Counted from the stretch's first letter, positions 31,440 through 44,178 are shown. The stretch: DNA of 64,000 nt from Eledone cirrhosa (GCA_964016885.1 OZ024747.1:64294001-64358000); one strand, 5' to 3'. The notes: a model not told the origin generated them from the sequence alone. Translations and numbers: made by a program.

Positions 31440-31440
<1 letters not shown>
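30833..31440 (+). mobile_element. Bipartite non-autonomous RTE derivative (5' head plus 3' tail)
   Basis: RTE 5'-UTR-type motifs (ggcgactaaactggcaacc, ctaggagaaggaaaactctga). The 3' part encodes a terminal C2H2 finger, CSVCTRVFKSLAGLKSHTRSAHR*, and ends in the hairpin ctcgaaaacgag..ggcagccacc. Confidence 0.75.
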
Positions 31441-31476
<36 letters not shown>

Positions 31477-33773
31477 TATATGTACTTATACATATATGCA
31501 CACACATATATATATACATATATGTACACACACACACATATATATATACATATATGTGTATATATATGTGCACATAAATATATGCATATATATGTATATA
31601 TATATGCATATATATATATAAAGAACGAGAGGTGGGATGAAACATAAACAACTATATATATAAGTATTCAGAGATATGCATTTTTCATAGAAATACATCA
31701 AACGGAAGATATTAAAAGCGAAGCAGACGATATATATGTCTTGAATATGTGAAAACAGACAGAATACTTACATTGTAATAGAATAAAATAAACACTCTAG
31801 AAAACGGCGTAGCTTTATTCAAAAGCCATAAAATATAAACCTCATTCATATTCAGCAATATACTATTATTATCAATTTTTTGAAGATTATGATAATTTTG
31901 TAATTATATTGGTTAACACCACTGTATCGTACAAATAACTTGTTCAATCATGCATGGTTGTTCGGTTCTGATGTTTGTAGAACGGTGCAGATACAAGTGT
32001 ACTTCTTTGTTTTATTTTACTATTTAGACCCGGCTGGCTGGCTCTTAATTAAGTAGATCTATGACAGATATTTTGCTACTGTCTTCAGATGTTGAACAGT
32101 TGTTTCATAAATTTTTCGCTTGCAAGGACAATTTTTATTAAAATGAATATTCACAAAGACAATCGCTAGAAATATCGTTCTCCTAGATTATTAAATATCA
32201 AAGTATGCGTTTATAAGTGCTCATCATGTCGTAGAAGAACCATAGTGATATACGACGTTTCTTGGGCATTTTTAAATGTAACGGAGGCCTTCTCGTCCCC
32301 AGGTCTGTATAAAGCCGATTTCTTCCAGAAAAGAAAGTGTGTGAGGGAAAAGATGAGAGAGAGAGAGAGAGATGTATATAAATGAGGAATTAACCCTAGC
32401 ATTGCACAGGTAGTTTTGTATCGACCTCGAAACGCAACGTTAGTCTTGGCGTATTTTGAACTCAGATCGCAGAGAACAGAAACGAATTCCACAAAGCATT
32501 TTCTCTGACTTTCTTAAAGATTCTGCCTATTCGTCAGCTTTCATATTATTATATAGTGAAGGGAGAATAACTAATGAAAGAGAGAGAAGTCCCTAATGGA
32601 TACTCAATTCAGTATTTGTAGATCCACATTTGGCACTGATTGTTCAAAAGTACATTGCTCTCTGATATACATTTCGCTATATTTTCCCATTGCAAAAGGA
32701 GGAAACAGCACGGATACAATAAACAAATAATTGTAAATTACCAAGTGTGGACCCATGAAGTGGAAAACGTATGTAAATAGCCACAACACGTTTAATTAGT
32801 CTATTAGAAATAACAGTGAAATAGCCCATAAATCACACTTTAGTTTAAATAATATCATAGTAGATATTGTAGTTCTCAATTATACTACGTCTGAAAATAT
32901 TGAACCAAGAGCATGGAATCACAGAAAAAGGATATTATAGCCCAGAATTCGACATAGAAGCCAGCGATCAGCAAATCTAGGACAAATAACTCAAAGGCTA
33001 TACTTACAAATAGTATAACCATAAAATCTTGCATGGCTGGAATGCAAATGACGATTTAATCGACTTTCTCCTTCCCTTCAAATTACAATATTTGTGCCAA
33101 AGTAAGAAGCAATTATTATTACCATCACCATCAACATCAACATCATCATCATCAACAAAAGTCTCACTAATTGAACACTTGGATTTGAGATACGTGTGCG
33201 GCTCATTTACAGTATTAACTATTATTCTCTCCAGACTTTCATATAAATGTAGTTAGATTAAAACCATTGATTAAAAGCCAGAGATTTTCCTTTGCTCTAG
33301 GAGCCCTCATCTGAGTGGCAGATACCATCCGTCTTATTCATTTACGGTTTGAAAGAATGTTTACAATGTTGAAAGTGTTCTGATCTAAGCGTTTATTTCG
33401 ATATATAGGAATCAATTTTTACTCGCGCTACTTTGAAAATATATGAAGAATCTCATTCACTTCATTTTGGGTCTTCTGTCTTCCATTTCATTTCGATTCT
33501 CAATTCCAATTACTGCACCAACACAAGCAATTTAACAAATATGTTTTAGATGAAAAGTTAACATGTCTAGTAATTTGGTTTTAAAGAATTGGTTTTTCTT
33601 TGAACTCGCACTGATATCTCTGTATGATTTATTGATCGGTCCAATTTATGTTTTCATAAATTGATCCATATGTCTAATGAGTAAAAATATTCACACAACG
33701 TATTACACTGATAATTACAGGATCCACTATTTTCTCATTTCTTTTCAAAAAATCATATATATATATATATATA

Positions 33774-34160
33774 TATATCACAGAAAAAAGAGAATCAGTG
33801 TTGCGACGAAAGGACTTTATTGGACATATTACAATTGTTTCTCAGGCGACCAGCGCGAGGCACGATCGATATGGTGATCAAACCTGAATCTGAAATCGCG
33901 CGGTCCTCGGATGCGTCGAAAATCTGCTTCGTAGAATCGAGACGTATCCGAGGACCGCGCGATTTCAGAGTCAGGTTTGATCACCATATTGATCGTGCCT
34001 CGAGCTGGTCGCCCGAGAAAGAATTGTAATATGTCAAATAAATTCCTTTCGTCGCAACACTGATTCTCTTTTTTTCTGTGATATCATACTCTGTTCTACG
34101 AGGGCATTGAGTGTTCATACGGCCTACCGCATACGGTCGCTTTAAGCATCCAACACCAAT
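33774..34160 (+). mobile_element. GC-richer fold-back insertion (arms of about 145 bp) with a 3' tail ending in (TA)n, PLE-like
   Basis: atatcacagaaaaaagagaatcagtgttgcgacg...cctcggatgcgtc / gacgtatccgagg...cgcaacactgattctctttttttctgtgatat. Confidence 0.8.
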
Positions 34161-34486
34161 TATATATATATATTTGAATTCAATTTAGCTTTAATCGATT
34201 GGTAGTTGGATATCACATAAATATAATTTGGGTTCAAATCTTATGCGTTAGGATTGTCATATTTCAAAGCAGAACTAATATTTCAACTTTTCTTCATTCC
34301 CTCTCACTCTTCTAGGTATGTTAAACATTTGGTAGAATTGAATTAACACTGTAGAAACTCGAATGAAAGTATCACCATCTATGTATATAAGGAATTCTTG
34401 AAACGTTTACCTGCATGTTTACTTCAATTAATTCTAAAACAGTGAAGAAGATATTTAGCATGGTATCCAGCATTGGTTACCCTGAG

Positions 34487-34765
34487 CAGGTTTGGATTTA
34501 AACCTTAGGGGCACTTCAGATTTGGGACGCCCGACATACACAAAAGATTAGAATTCGCGGCAAAGATCCCTATATTACATATCAAAGGTAGCTTGGCGCA
34601 AATAAATGGTAATTAAAAGTTATACATACAGGTATTAAATTTAAACAAATTCTAACTATCCTAAATTTATTTGATGTCACAAATAAATTGCTAACTATCC
34701 GAAATTCTAACTCTCCTATTTTGTTTGATGTGACAAATAAATGGCTACGGTTGTCACTGGTAGTA
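34487..34765. mobile_element. Truncated copy of the hAT MITE at 6075
   Basis: Shared ggattta, ggcacttcag, caggtattaaattt and gctacgg..gtcactggtag. Confidence 0.6.
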
Positions 34766-35159
34766 CAAAAATATAAATGAAGGAAACATCATTCTATACG
34801 CGGATTAACCTAAACTATTTCCTCTCAGTAGAGATTAGTTTCAAATGCTATATACTATGCTATGAATACTGTCATCCATATATAAATATTTAAAAGGAAG
34901 CAGCAAATATGCTGATTGAAAGATGGTTGAATTATTTAAAGTCACAGCTGTGTTAGCTAAATTGAAAATCCTCTATCATTTCGTGAGATTTCATAGCAGC
35001 AATCATATACCTCACGTAAGTTCTCAAACCTGTCAAAATGTCTGAGACTAGCGTAAGTTTTCAACCAAAGAGAGTGTAAATCAAAATGTTATGATGTAGT
35101 ATTCTGTACAATTCTCAAATAGCCTCAATACATTTTACAAATACTACATATTGACATAG

Positions 35160-35469
35160 TGAAGGCGCTTGGCTTTGGGGTATTCGACTCATAATCGTAA
35201 AGTCATACGTTCGATTACTGGCAGCGCGTTGTGCCCTTGGCAAAGACACTTTATTACCCGTTGCTCCAGTCCACTGAGCTGTTAAAATGAGTAATGAGTT
35301 ATGCCTGTAATTCGAAAGGGTCAGCCTTATCACATTCTGTGTCACGCTGAATCTACCTGTACGTCAAGTGCACGGGTGTCTGTGGAATGCTCAGCCACTT
35401 GCACGAGCAGGCTGTTTCCGTTGATCATATCAACTGGAGCACTCGTCGTCGTAACCGATGGAGTGCCAC
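35160..35469 (+). mobile_element. tRNA-derived SINE (CORE/V-like centre)
   Basis: gttcgatt B-box and gtgcccttggcaaagacacttt. The tail matches a fragment at about 6405-6490. Confidence 0.7.
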
Positions 35470-36279
35470 AGACGTATTCATATACATTTTCAAGTATTGC
35501 AAATAGATTGATGTTTTAGCAAGGTATGAAGCATAAGACCCGTAGTTAATGATCAGAATAATTTCAGTGGATAAAATGTCAGATGATAAGATGTTTTAAT
35601 TCATAACATATACTTTTCACTGCACTATGTTTCTGTACATAATACAATATACTCTCTGGTTGTACTTTGATATATATGCAGGTATTATTTATAGGAACAG
35701 CAGCAGGATTGCCTTTTAACTAACAAGCATTCCATTAGATAGACGTGATGAGTTGTATATTGCATGAAAAAGATGATATTGGATCATCCAACGGTTACGA
35801 CGAAGGGAATTCCGTTCTTCATTCAATTAAACGTTTATCTTAGAGGTTAACGTGGAAGTGGTTGAGAACTCCACAATCTCATCTAAACCTGAAGCAAATT
35901 ACAAACCGAATCAGCATGGCACTTTATGTGATAAAGATAGTATGTTGAATTACAAGATAAATCTATCAGATGGGCTTCCACACGGTTTCTTATTACGTAT
36001 TTTCAAACGGCATTGTTCAACTCGAGTCTATTGTGTACATACTGATCCAATATTACAAGTAGTGAGATTGAACTCATAACCTCGTGATTTCAAAATGAAC
36101 TTCTTAACTTCTCACACATCTATTCTTCTATTCCACACAGCTAACCTAATGGGAAACTATCCAGTGTATCAATATTAGTGATGTTGTGTCTAATTTTAGG
36201 ATCATAGAGGAAGTGCAATTGTAAGTAAAATGGTATTTCATGTCTCGATGCTAATCTACATTCTTATTAATCTATGACA

Positions 36280-36464
36280 TGGTTTGGCAGTATCGGTAGA
36301 GCGTCAGACAACATGCTTTGCAGCATAGAGATATGGCCATTTACGTTCTGAGTTCAAATCTCCCCGACGTTAACTTTGCTTTCATCCTTACGGGATCGAT
36401 AAAATAAAGCACCAGTAATTCACTGGAGGTAATTGCTGGCGTTATGCCAAAAGTAGAAACATTG
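36280..36464 (+). mobile_element. Meta-like tRNA SINE
   Basis: Family motifs present. Confidence 0.8.
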
Positions 36465-37247
36465 TTAATCTATGGCATGAGCTGAGACAAAACTGTAAAT
36501 TATGAAGGCATGGAATCAACAATTTGTATGACTGTTTCTAGTATATCCTGCGCTGAAATCTAACGTTTAATATCACAGTATATATAGCGCCGGAAATTGG
36601 TGTAGTCAAGACCAGCGTTGCCATTAATTTCAACAAGGTTGTTATCTAGGATGCAGGCATCAGGGAGGCATATTACAGAACTTTAAGGGTTGAATGGTTT
36701 AACAAATTTACATAATTATATTAAATATATAATTTCCTGCGTCTAATAAATAGATCGCAAAATATCTTTGCCATGTAGCAGCGTTGTGAAAATAATTGTT
36801 GCAGAGAGTTTTAGGATTGTGTTATGACGTCTGACATGATTTAGCGTGGGTGAGTGTGGATTGTGTAGTGGAAAACGCAGGCTTAATAATTTGCTGTTTT
36901 GTTTGAAAGAGATGTGTTAAAACGTAGGTTCGTAAGCTTTCCAAATGTAAGTTGAATTTATTATATTTGTGAGCAAATGGCACCGTTTGTAGGGTAAGCC
37001 TAGGGTGCTAACAACCCATATATTGGTCCTTAGGCCCATGAGATATGCATGAAGCTTACTGTTTATCGATTAGGAATATTTAACACTCAACATGTTTTAA
37101 TAGGGTTAACGGATATATATTTGTATAGACACAATTAAATTAGGCACGATTTAATTCAAGCTACGCTCCTACAATATTCCCCGCTGTGTATGTTTTCAGA
37201 ATGTTCATTAGTATAGAGCTGTTATTTTGTGTACATTAAACACCTCA

Positions 37248-37328
<81 letters not shown>

Positions 37329-37690
37329 TGACAGCTGAGGATAAACAACTCAGATCTACCGGTCTATTTAGATAGGTTTCTCACATAAAACGTATATGTT
37401 ATGTTTGACGTTTCCATTCTGATACATTCAGCACAGAAAGTCTCTGTCAGTGTATAAATACTCTATTCTTAAACGGATTCACAAGAGAGTAAATTTAGCA
37501 TCTTGATCGATTCGTTTTTACATCAACATTTCAATCTTTTGTGGTTTTCAAACACTTTCTCTTGTTTTTAAATATACATTTATCAACCAATATGATGCAT
37601 GATATATATATATATATACATTATGAAGAGAGAAGAAACATTTAGATATAATTAGTAATAAAATGTATCATACCTAAACTGTTCCTAAAT

Positions 37691-37778
37691 TCCTCGACTA
37701 CGTAGTTTCGTGGCATAAACAAAAACAATATATCAAAGATATAGAGTCCTTGCGAGGTCTGCCGACTTATCAAGAGGA
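37691..37778 (-). ncRNA. Hammerhead ribozyme (inverted copy)
   Basis: Reverse complement of 38391-38478. Confidence 0.7.
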
Positions 37779-38390
37779 TACCTCATTTTACTAGTCTCAA
37801 GAACGCGTCTACACGACGTGAGAAAGAATCCCAACAGGCGGAGGGGGAGATAGTCACGCGATATAACGGTCGAGAAACAGAGCTAAGCCTCTTATAACCA
37901 CGAAGAATCATTTTATTACTAATTATATCTAAATGTTTCTTCTCTCTTCATAATGTATTTTTAACTCTGATACTGGTTCAGTCTAGTTCAAACTGAATTG
38001 GTCTGTCCCAGTCATTCATTGAGCAACATCGGTGAAGTTGGCACCCTTAACTCACAGTTGGGTGCGGATGCATTCATGTATGTATATATGTGTGTGTCCG
38101 CATGTATCTGTGTGTTTCTAAATATATTAATAACTCCCTCTGGTCGAGCAATCTTTGAAGTGTGGGGACAACTGGAAAGCTTCCATTACTCATACTTCTC
38201 GCCTTCTTCACTACCTCTTCTACGGCCTCGATATGAATACCCCCTCCGCCTCCGTGGTATTTTCTTCGTGGTTATAAGAGGCTTAGCTCTGTTTCTCGAC
38301 CGTTATATCGCGTGACTATCTCCCCCTCCGCCTGTTGGGATTCTTTCTCACGTCGTGTAGACGCGTTCTTGAGACTAGTAAAATGAGGTA

Positions 38391-38478
38391 TCCTCTTGAT
38401 AAGTCGGCAGACCTCGCAAGGACTCTATATCTTTGATATATTGTTTTTGTTTATGCCACGAAACTACGTAGTCGAGGA
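38391..38478 (+). ncRNA. Type-I hammerhead ribozyme, U3-A8 core, long stem II
   Basis: tcctc TTGATAA gtcggca...tgccac GAAAC tacgta GTC gagga. Stem I is tcctc/gagga, loop III is palindromic, and the cleavage site is GUC at 38473. Confidence 0.75.
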
Positions 38479-38985
38479 ATTTAGGAACAGTTTAGGTATG
38501 ATACATTTTATTACTAATTATATCTAAATGTTTCTTCTCTCTTCATAATGTATTTTTAACTCTGATACTGGTTCAGTCTAGTTCAAACTGAATTGGTCTG
38601 TCCCAGTCATTCATTGAGCAACATCGGTGAAGTTGGCACCCTTAACTCACAGTTGGGTGCGGATGCATTCATGTATGTATATATGTGTGTGTCCGCATGT
38701 ATCTGTGTGTTTCTAAATATATTAATAACTCCCTCTGGTCGAGCAATCTTTGAAGTGTGGGGACAACTGGAAAGCTTCCATTACTCATACTTCTCGCCTT
38801 CTTCACTACCTCTTCTACGGCCTCGATATGAATACCCCCTCCGCCTCCGTCGTATTTTCTTCGTGGTTATAAGAGGCTTAGCTCTGTTTCTCGACCGTTA
38901 TATCGCGTGACTATCTCCCCCTCCGCCTGTTGGGATTCTTTCTCACGTCGTGTAGACGCGTTCTTGAGACTAGTAAAATGAGGTA

Positions 38986-39073
38986 TCCTCTTGATAAGTC
39001 GGCAGACCTCGCAAGGACTCTATATCTTTGATATATTGTTTTTGTTTATGCCACGAAACTACGTAGTCGAGGA
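38986..39073 (+). ncRNA. Hammerhead ribozyme (second tandem copy)
   Basis: Identical to 38391-38478, offset by +595. Confidence 0.75.
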
Positions 39074-39411
39074 ATTTAGGAACAGTTTAGGTATGATACA
39101 TTTTATTACTAATTATATCTAAATGTTTCTTCTCTCTTCATAATGTATTTTTAACTCTGATACTGGTTCAGTCTAGTTCAAACTGAATTGGTCTGTCCCA
39201 GTCATTCATTGAGCAACATCGGTGAAGTTGGCACCCTTAACTCACAGTTGGGTGCGGATGCATTCATGTATGTATATATGTGTGTGTCCGCATGTATCTG
39301 TGTGTTTCTAAATATATTATATATATATATATATATATGTATGTATACGTATGTATGTACAGGTACATACATATATGTATACAGACGTACAGTAGTATGT
39401 ATATATACATG

Positions 39412-39442
<31 letters not shown>

Positions 39443-40735
39443 TTATAAGTATTTATATATATTTCCACACACATATATATCAAATATTTAAATTGGTTAA
39501 ATGGGGAGATATTTACCCTATAGCTTATATGTCATAAGTTCAATTGTTCGCTTCACCGAGCCAGAGGGTTAAGCGCAAAAGAAACTTACGATTCAAAATA
39601 TATATATATAAAACAATTCTTATTATCAATTTTATAAAACAATCTAAAAAAATAAAGAAAAATATTATATACAAAAATATTTGTACTATCTTATGTTTAA
39701 AAATAAGTCTATAACGTGTCTGAACCACTAAATATAACGGTCAAATTTCACCTAGTTAATTCCTTCTAGGCACCCCTAACTGCTGATTGAGTCGTATGGG
39801 CGTATTTTCAGCCACATCTGCAGGCTTGAACACAGTTGTTTCACTCCAGAGAAATACAGAAAGTGAGAAAATGGATGTGAGAACGAGATATAGAGAAATG
39901 AACCAACCCAATATTGATCTGGGAAATTCTTATCGACCACAAACAGTTTAGATGCAAGAATGACCATGCTGAGTTTTGAGTTCAGATCGCAGTTCACGAA
40001 CAAATACCACAAAGCATGCTAACGATTCATCTAATTTAACATTTACGATATATAGTCAAAGTAAGACAGTTTATCATTATATGTAAAACGCTTTATATTA
40101 TCTTGGGTCGCCGGCAAACATATCTATAATAATTGTATACACACATATATATTGCAGTTTTCCGTGTTTGTTCTCCATGTACTCAGAAATGAAAAAATAT
40201 ACACGCATACATCATGGTATTGTTTCTCATCTCACCAGGTTAGAATAACATGCATTTTGTTGCATGAAACATTAATTTATAATACATTCAATACAATTCA
40301 TTTTTCCATGGTCAGGTGAACGAAATCTAGACATTTTGTTTTGCAATTGTTTTTCTTTTCTCTTCTACAGAGATAAAGAGAGAAGGGTACATAAGTAGAA
40401 ACTGGCACGTGTATATTAATAACATAAACATGTGTGTAACCGTGAAAAAGGTGAGAGTGAGACTGGGGTAGGCAAAATAACATCTACAGAGTATAAAACA
40501 AGTATAACAATAGAATTGGGATATAAAAACAGAATAAAACTGAGCAGATAGTAAGGAAGCTGACAGCGTTCTTTGATCGTAATTGTTGCAACGCTACACA
40601 TGCAAATGAGCGTGTGTATGTGTGTGCATATGCTTATATATACATACTTATTCTATTTGATGTATTGAGTACCGTATTTAACTGTGATCTTATTCTGTCC
40701 TCTACAGTAAACCATTCTTTATACATAAACGAATA

Positions 40736-40810
<75 letters not shown>

Positions 40811-40840
40811 GAAAAACCACAGACCCTCCATCTCAACTCA

Positions 40841-40878
40841 CCTTTCGAAAAGCAGAAGAACTGCGAAACCGGTAAAGG
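40841..40878 (+). ncRNA. Degenerate minimal hammerhead
   Basis: cctt TCGAAAA gcag-aagaa-ctgc GAAA ccgg TA aagg (U3-A8 plus U4C). Confidence 0.55.
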
Positions 40879-40966
40879 AACCAAATAAATATATATATTT
40901 AAAAAAAAAAAAAAAAAAAAAAAAAATAAGACTCCAGTTGCATTTTCGATTTCATCTCTTTTTCTT

Positions 40967-40997
<31 letters not shown>

Positions 40998-41051
40998 GTG
41001 TGTGTGTGTGTGTGTATATATATGTGTGTATATATATGTATATATAAAAAA

Positions 41052-41332
41052 GTCTAAAGTCCGCCTTAAGCCAGAAGGCTCATTTGGCCGGTGCTTATCC
41101 CGGTTTCATGGCGTGAATCGATTGAGAGTACAAGACTCCTCCCTGGACAGGACGCCAGTCCATTGCAGGGTTAAACCTCCAGCTATTGCTGGTACTCATT
41201 TTTCAGCTGAGTATACTGGATCAACGTGAAATGAAGTGTTTTGCTCAAGAACACAACACGCAATCTAGGAATCGAACCCGCGACATTATGATCGTAAGTC
41301 AAACACCCTTACCACTAGGGCACGTGCCTCCA
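41052..41332 (-). mobile_element. tRNA-derived SINE with a V-domain-like segment
   Basis: Minus strand: ctagtggtaagggtg (A-box), gggttcgattcc (B-box), gttcttgagcaaaacactt, gcaatggactggcgtcctgtccaggg. Confidence 0.75.
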
Positions 41333-41654
41333 CTATATATATATATATATATATATGTGTGTGGGGGGGGGGGGTGTACGTTTAACGTTTCAGGCTGTAC
41401 GTGTATAGGCATGAGTATGTTTGAAATTCTCCTTTAACATAATCGTGTTTCCATTGATCTATAGATCGTTAGATGTACAGGAAATCTAATAAAATAGGAA
41501 ATGCAACATTAAAACATATCAATGTCTATTCTACCGCATATGTTTGTATTTAAGAATGTATAGAAGATAAGTTTTATCTTGACAACCGAAGTATCTGTAT
41601 TTAATTAATTCATTCTTCTATGCTTCGATAATAAAATATACAATACACATACAC

Positions 41655-42340
41655 ACCATTGAGTCTCCTGCCAGCTGGCTTTGCCCATAAAACCTCTCCA
41701 TTGATGCCTCACGTATTCTAAGATTATTTCCTTAGTACCAAAGCTCTGATCTCTCGATTTGGGGATGTAGCGACTCTGCCTGGAGAAACTCTCTAGTATC
41801 CAACACTAAAGATCATTCGAAAGAACCCAATTTCGACCGCTTGCATTTGCGATCGTAATATTTCGGTTATTACTCAAGAATAGCTAAGGGTAGGCACAAA
41901 CACAGAATTACAAATAGCGAGTTTGGTTTTACATCCACTTCCCATGCTCTGATCACTAAGTACTGAAGCTAACAAATTAAGACAATCTCTGCTGTCTTAC
42001 TTTTTAAAGAATGGGAATACCACTAAGGATTCATATTTCCATATTTCTAAGGATCAAAGTCACCCGACAAACACGAGTCAGCCAGAGCATACCTTCTGTG
42101 TTTTAGGATTGTAATATCCCTGGCAAATTTCCATCTTCCCAAGAGGCATAGTCAGGTTTTAACGTTGTAATTGCACAGTTAACCTCAGCCTCCAAGAAGT
42201 TAATACGGCATACTTTATCCTGTGAGTTGAGCAGAACCTGACAATGTTTTAGGTTTTCTTCATCTTATGTAGTTTAAGGCTGTGGGTAACTCGATGGTGA
42301 CCGGTTGCCAGCTCAGCCCTTCTCTTAACACGAATAACCA
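41655..42340 (-). mobile_element. Decayed RTE LINE / internally deleted derivative
   Basis: KTKLAICNSVFVPTL...ILRSQMQAVE...IERSELW resembles the RTE C-terminal region. RTE 5'-like motifs (gggtgactttg, ctggcaacc) occur at 42050-42320. Confidence 0.6.
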
Positions 42341-42569
42341 GCGCAGATTCGAAGAAATCGAAGACGACAAAAAGTCAATTACTGATCTTGTATTATCAAC
42401 ATAAAATGCAGAAATCCATATCCCGAACGAAGATCACAAACTATTCTACCTGACGTTCTAACGTCTCTACCTATTGTACGCCACACCCACCCACAAACGC
42501 ACATCCATATGCATATTTACATGCATATATATATATACATATATATATATGCATATTTACATGCATACC

Positions 42570-42830
42570 CATTCTCTTCGTTACCCTTTAAGAAGGAATA
42601 TGACGTCACTTTCAGCTTATATCTGGAGTCTAAAAGACAACCACACCCAATATAAGTTACACTGGGAGATCCTAGCTAGGGCTAGATCGTAACGGAAATA
42701 AAAGACCATGTGACCTCTGCGCCGCTGAGGCCCTGGAAATACTCTACGCCAAAGACCACATCTTAAACAAAAAATCTGAGGCAATTTCGGCTTGTAAACA
42801 TAAATTGCACAGAACTTTCCTGTATTACAG
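42570..42830 (+). pseudogene. Penelope-like GIY-YIG endonuclease C-terminal remnant
   Basis: HSLRYPLRRNMTSLSAYIWSLKDNHTQYKLHWEILARARS/NGNKRPCDLCAAEALEIL/LNKKSEAISACKHK matches the PLE motif TxLSxYIWxLK...W.IL...CxLC..E...LNKRSE...CRH. It is frameshifted. Confidence 0.8.
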
Positions 42831-43938
42831 CCCCACATTATACCCTAACGGATGTTACGATCTATACGCGGATATTTTACGTCTTGATGTGGTAGCTAAG
42901 TATATGCTATGTTTGTACCATTACTTATTTGTATATGTAAGTATATATTACCTGTATGTTTTGTGAAGGTGCGTATACTTTCTCGTACGTATATTTGATT
43001 GTATATGTTATGGTGTATATTTTATATATTCTGGTACATATGCTTTTGGTTATGTGTATACGTGAGTTTTGCGTCTGTGTGAGTATGTGAGTTCGTAAGT
43101 ATGTAGGGTGTGTGTATATGTGTACTTCGTGTTTTGGTTGACGTACGTCTCCTAACATATGTGTATTTACATGTAGGTATATGTGTGCGCTTGTTATATA
43201 CGTATTTATTCATTTATATACGTTTATTTAATTATTTGTATACACGCGCACACACACACACACACATATATATATATGTGCGTGTATTTGTATACCTATG
43301 GCGAGTGTTTTCGCGTATGCTTGTGTCTGTACGTATATGCGTGTATGTATTTACTTAATTTCAATTACCTCTGTATTTTATTTACTTTATTCTTAACTCT
43401 GAAGCCGAGAATCATTCGGTTTCCTAGTTAGAATTTTAGTCTACGCAGTCAGTTATACCATTTACGTGGTTTTGTCTGTGCGTGCAATTGTCCTCCCCGC
43501 TCCACATATGACGCATTATCTTCGTTTTTTTCCGTTCATTACCAGAGAACGTCTCTATGAACCACCTAAATAGAATATTAGTCTACAACTTCTTTTATAC
43601 CATAAACGTGGTTTTGTTTTTGCGTGTAATTGTTTTTCACAGCTCCAAATAATGACGCATTATATTCGTTTTTTCCCGTTCTTTGCCAGGGAACGTTTCT
43701 ACGAACCAAAGTATCGTCTTCCTATCTTCCTCCGGTTGCAACGTCTTTTTTTGAAATATTCACTTCTGCGTTCACAGATTGACTTTGTTAGTTTCAGAAG
43801 ATCCCGTTAAGGGTGAAAGCAGCGATTCTTTGCTTAAACTTCAATCTGTTATTTTTAATAAATATTTGCTCTACGGTTCTTATATATTTGATATATATTT
43901 ATCCTTATCGAGCCCTCTTTGGATTTTAGTCTTCAAAT

Positions 43939-43945
<7 letters not shown>
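42570..43945 (+). mobile_element. 5'-truncated Penelope-like element (family A)
   Basis: GIY-YIG remnant, then a 3' UTR with a tandem duplication of about 152 bp (43420-43710), an HHR-like motif CAGAAGA tccc-gttaa-gggt GAAA at 43795-43818, and a terminus shared with 3312, 50802 and 62327. Confidence 0.7.
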
Positions 43946-43969
<24 letters not shown>

Positions 43970-44178
43970 ATATATATATATATATTACGTATAGAACAGT
44001 TCTAGTCCTGTAGAATTCATTTCCGTTATAAAATAACGATGCCTATACGCTACTAACGTGTTGAGTACCACTTTTTCCTTCGTCCACTTCCCAATATTCA
44101 TCAGGATTCACCTAATATATATATATATACAAATACATACTTACACAAACACATATCTATCCATACATACACACACAG

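Larger units (their letters stand above)
37616..39319 (+). mobile_element. Retrozyme-like / PLE pLTR-type insertion: inverted segment plus a 595-bp tandem array
   Basis: Inverted copy at 37616-37907 (matches about 38262-38553), truncated unit 37909-38129, and full units 38130-38724 and 38725-39319. The period of 595 is confirmed by ORF starts at 37998, 38593 and 39188. (TA)n lies on both sides. Confidence 0.85.

Noticed and set aside
37998-38910. Duplicated 105-aa ORF as a gene
   Set aside because: It has a non-ATG start, spans the unit junction and a microsatellite-like stretch, and shows no recognisable domain. It is a by-product of the 595-bp repeat.
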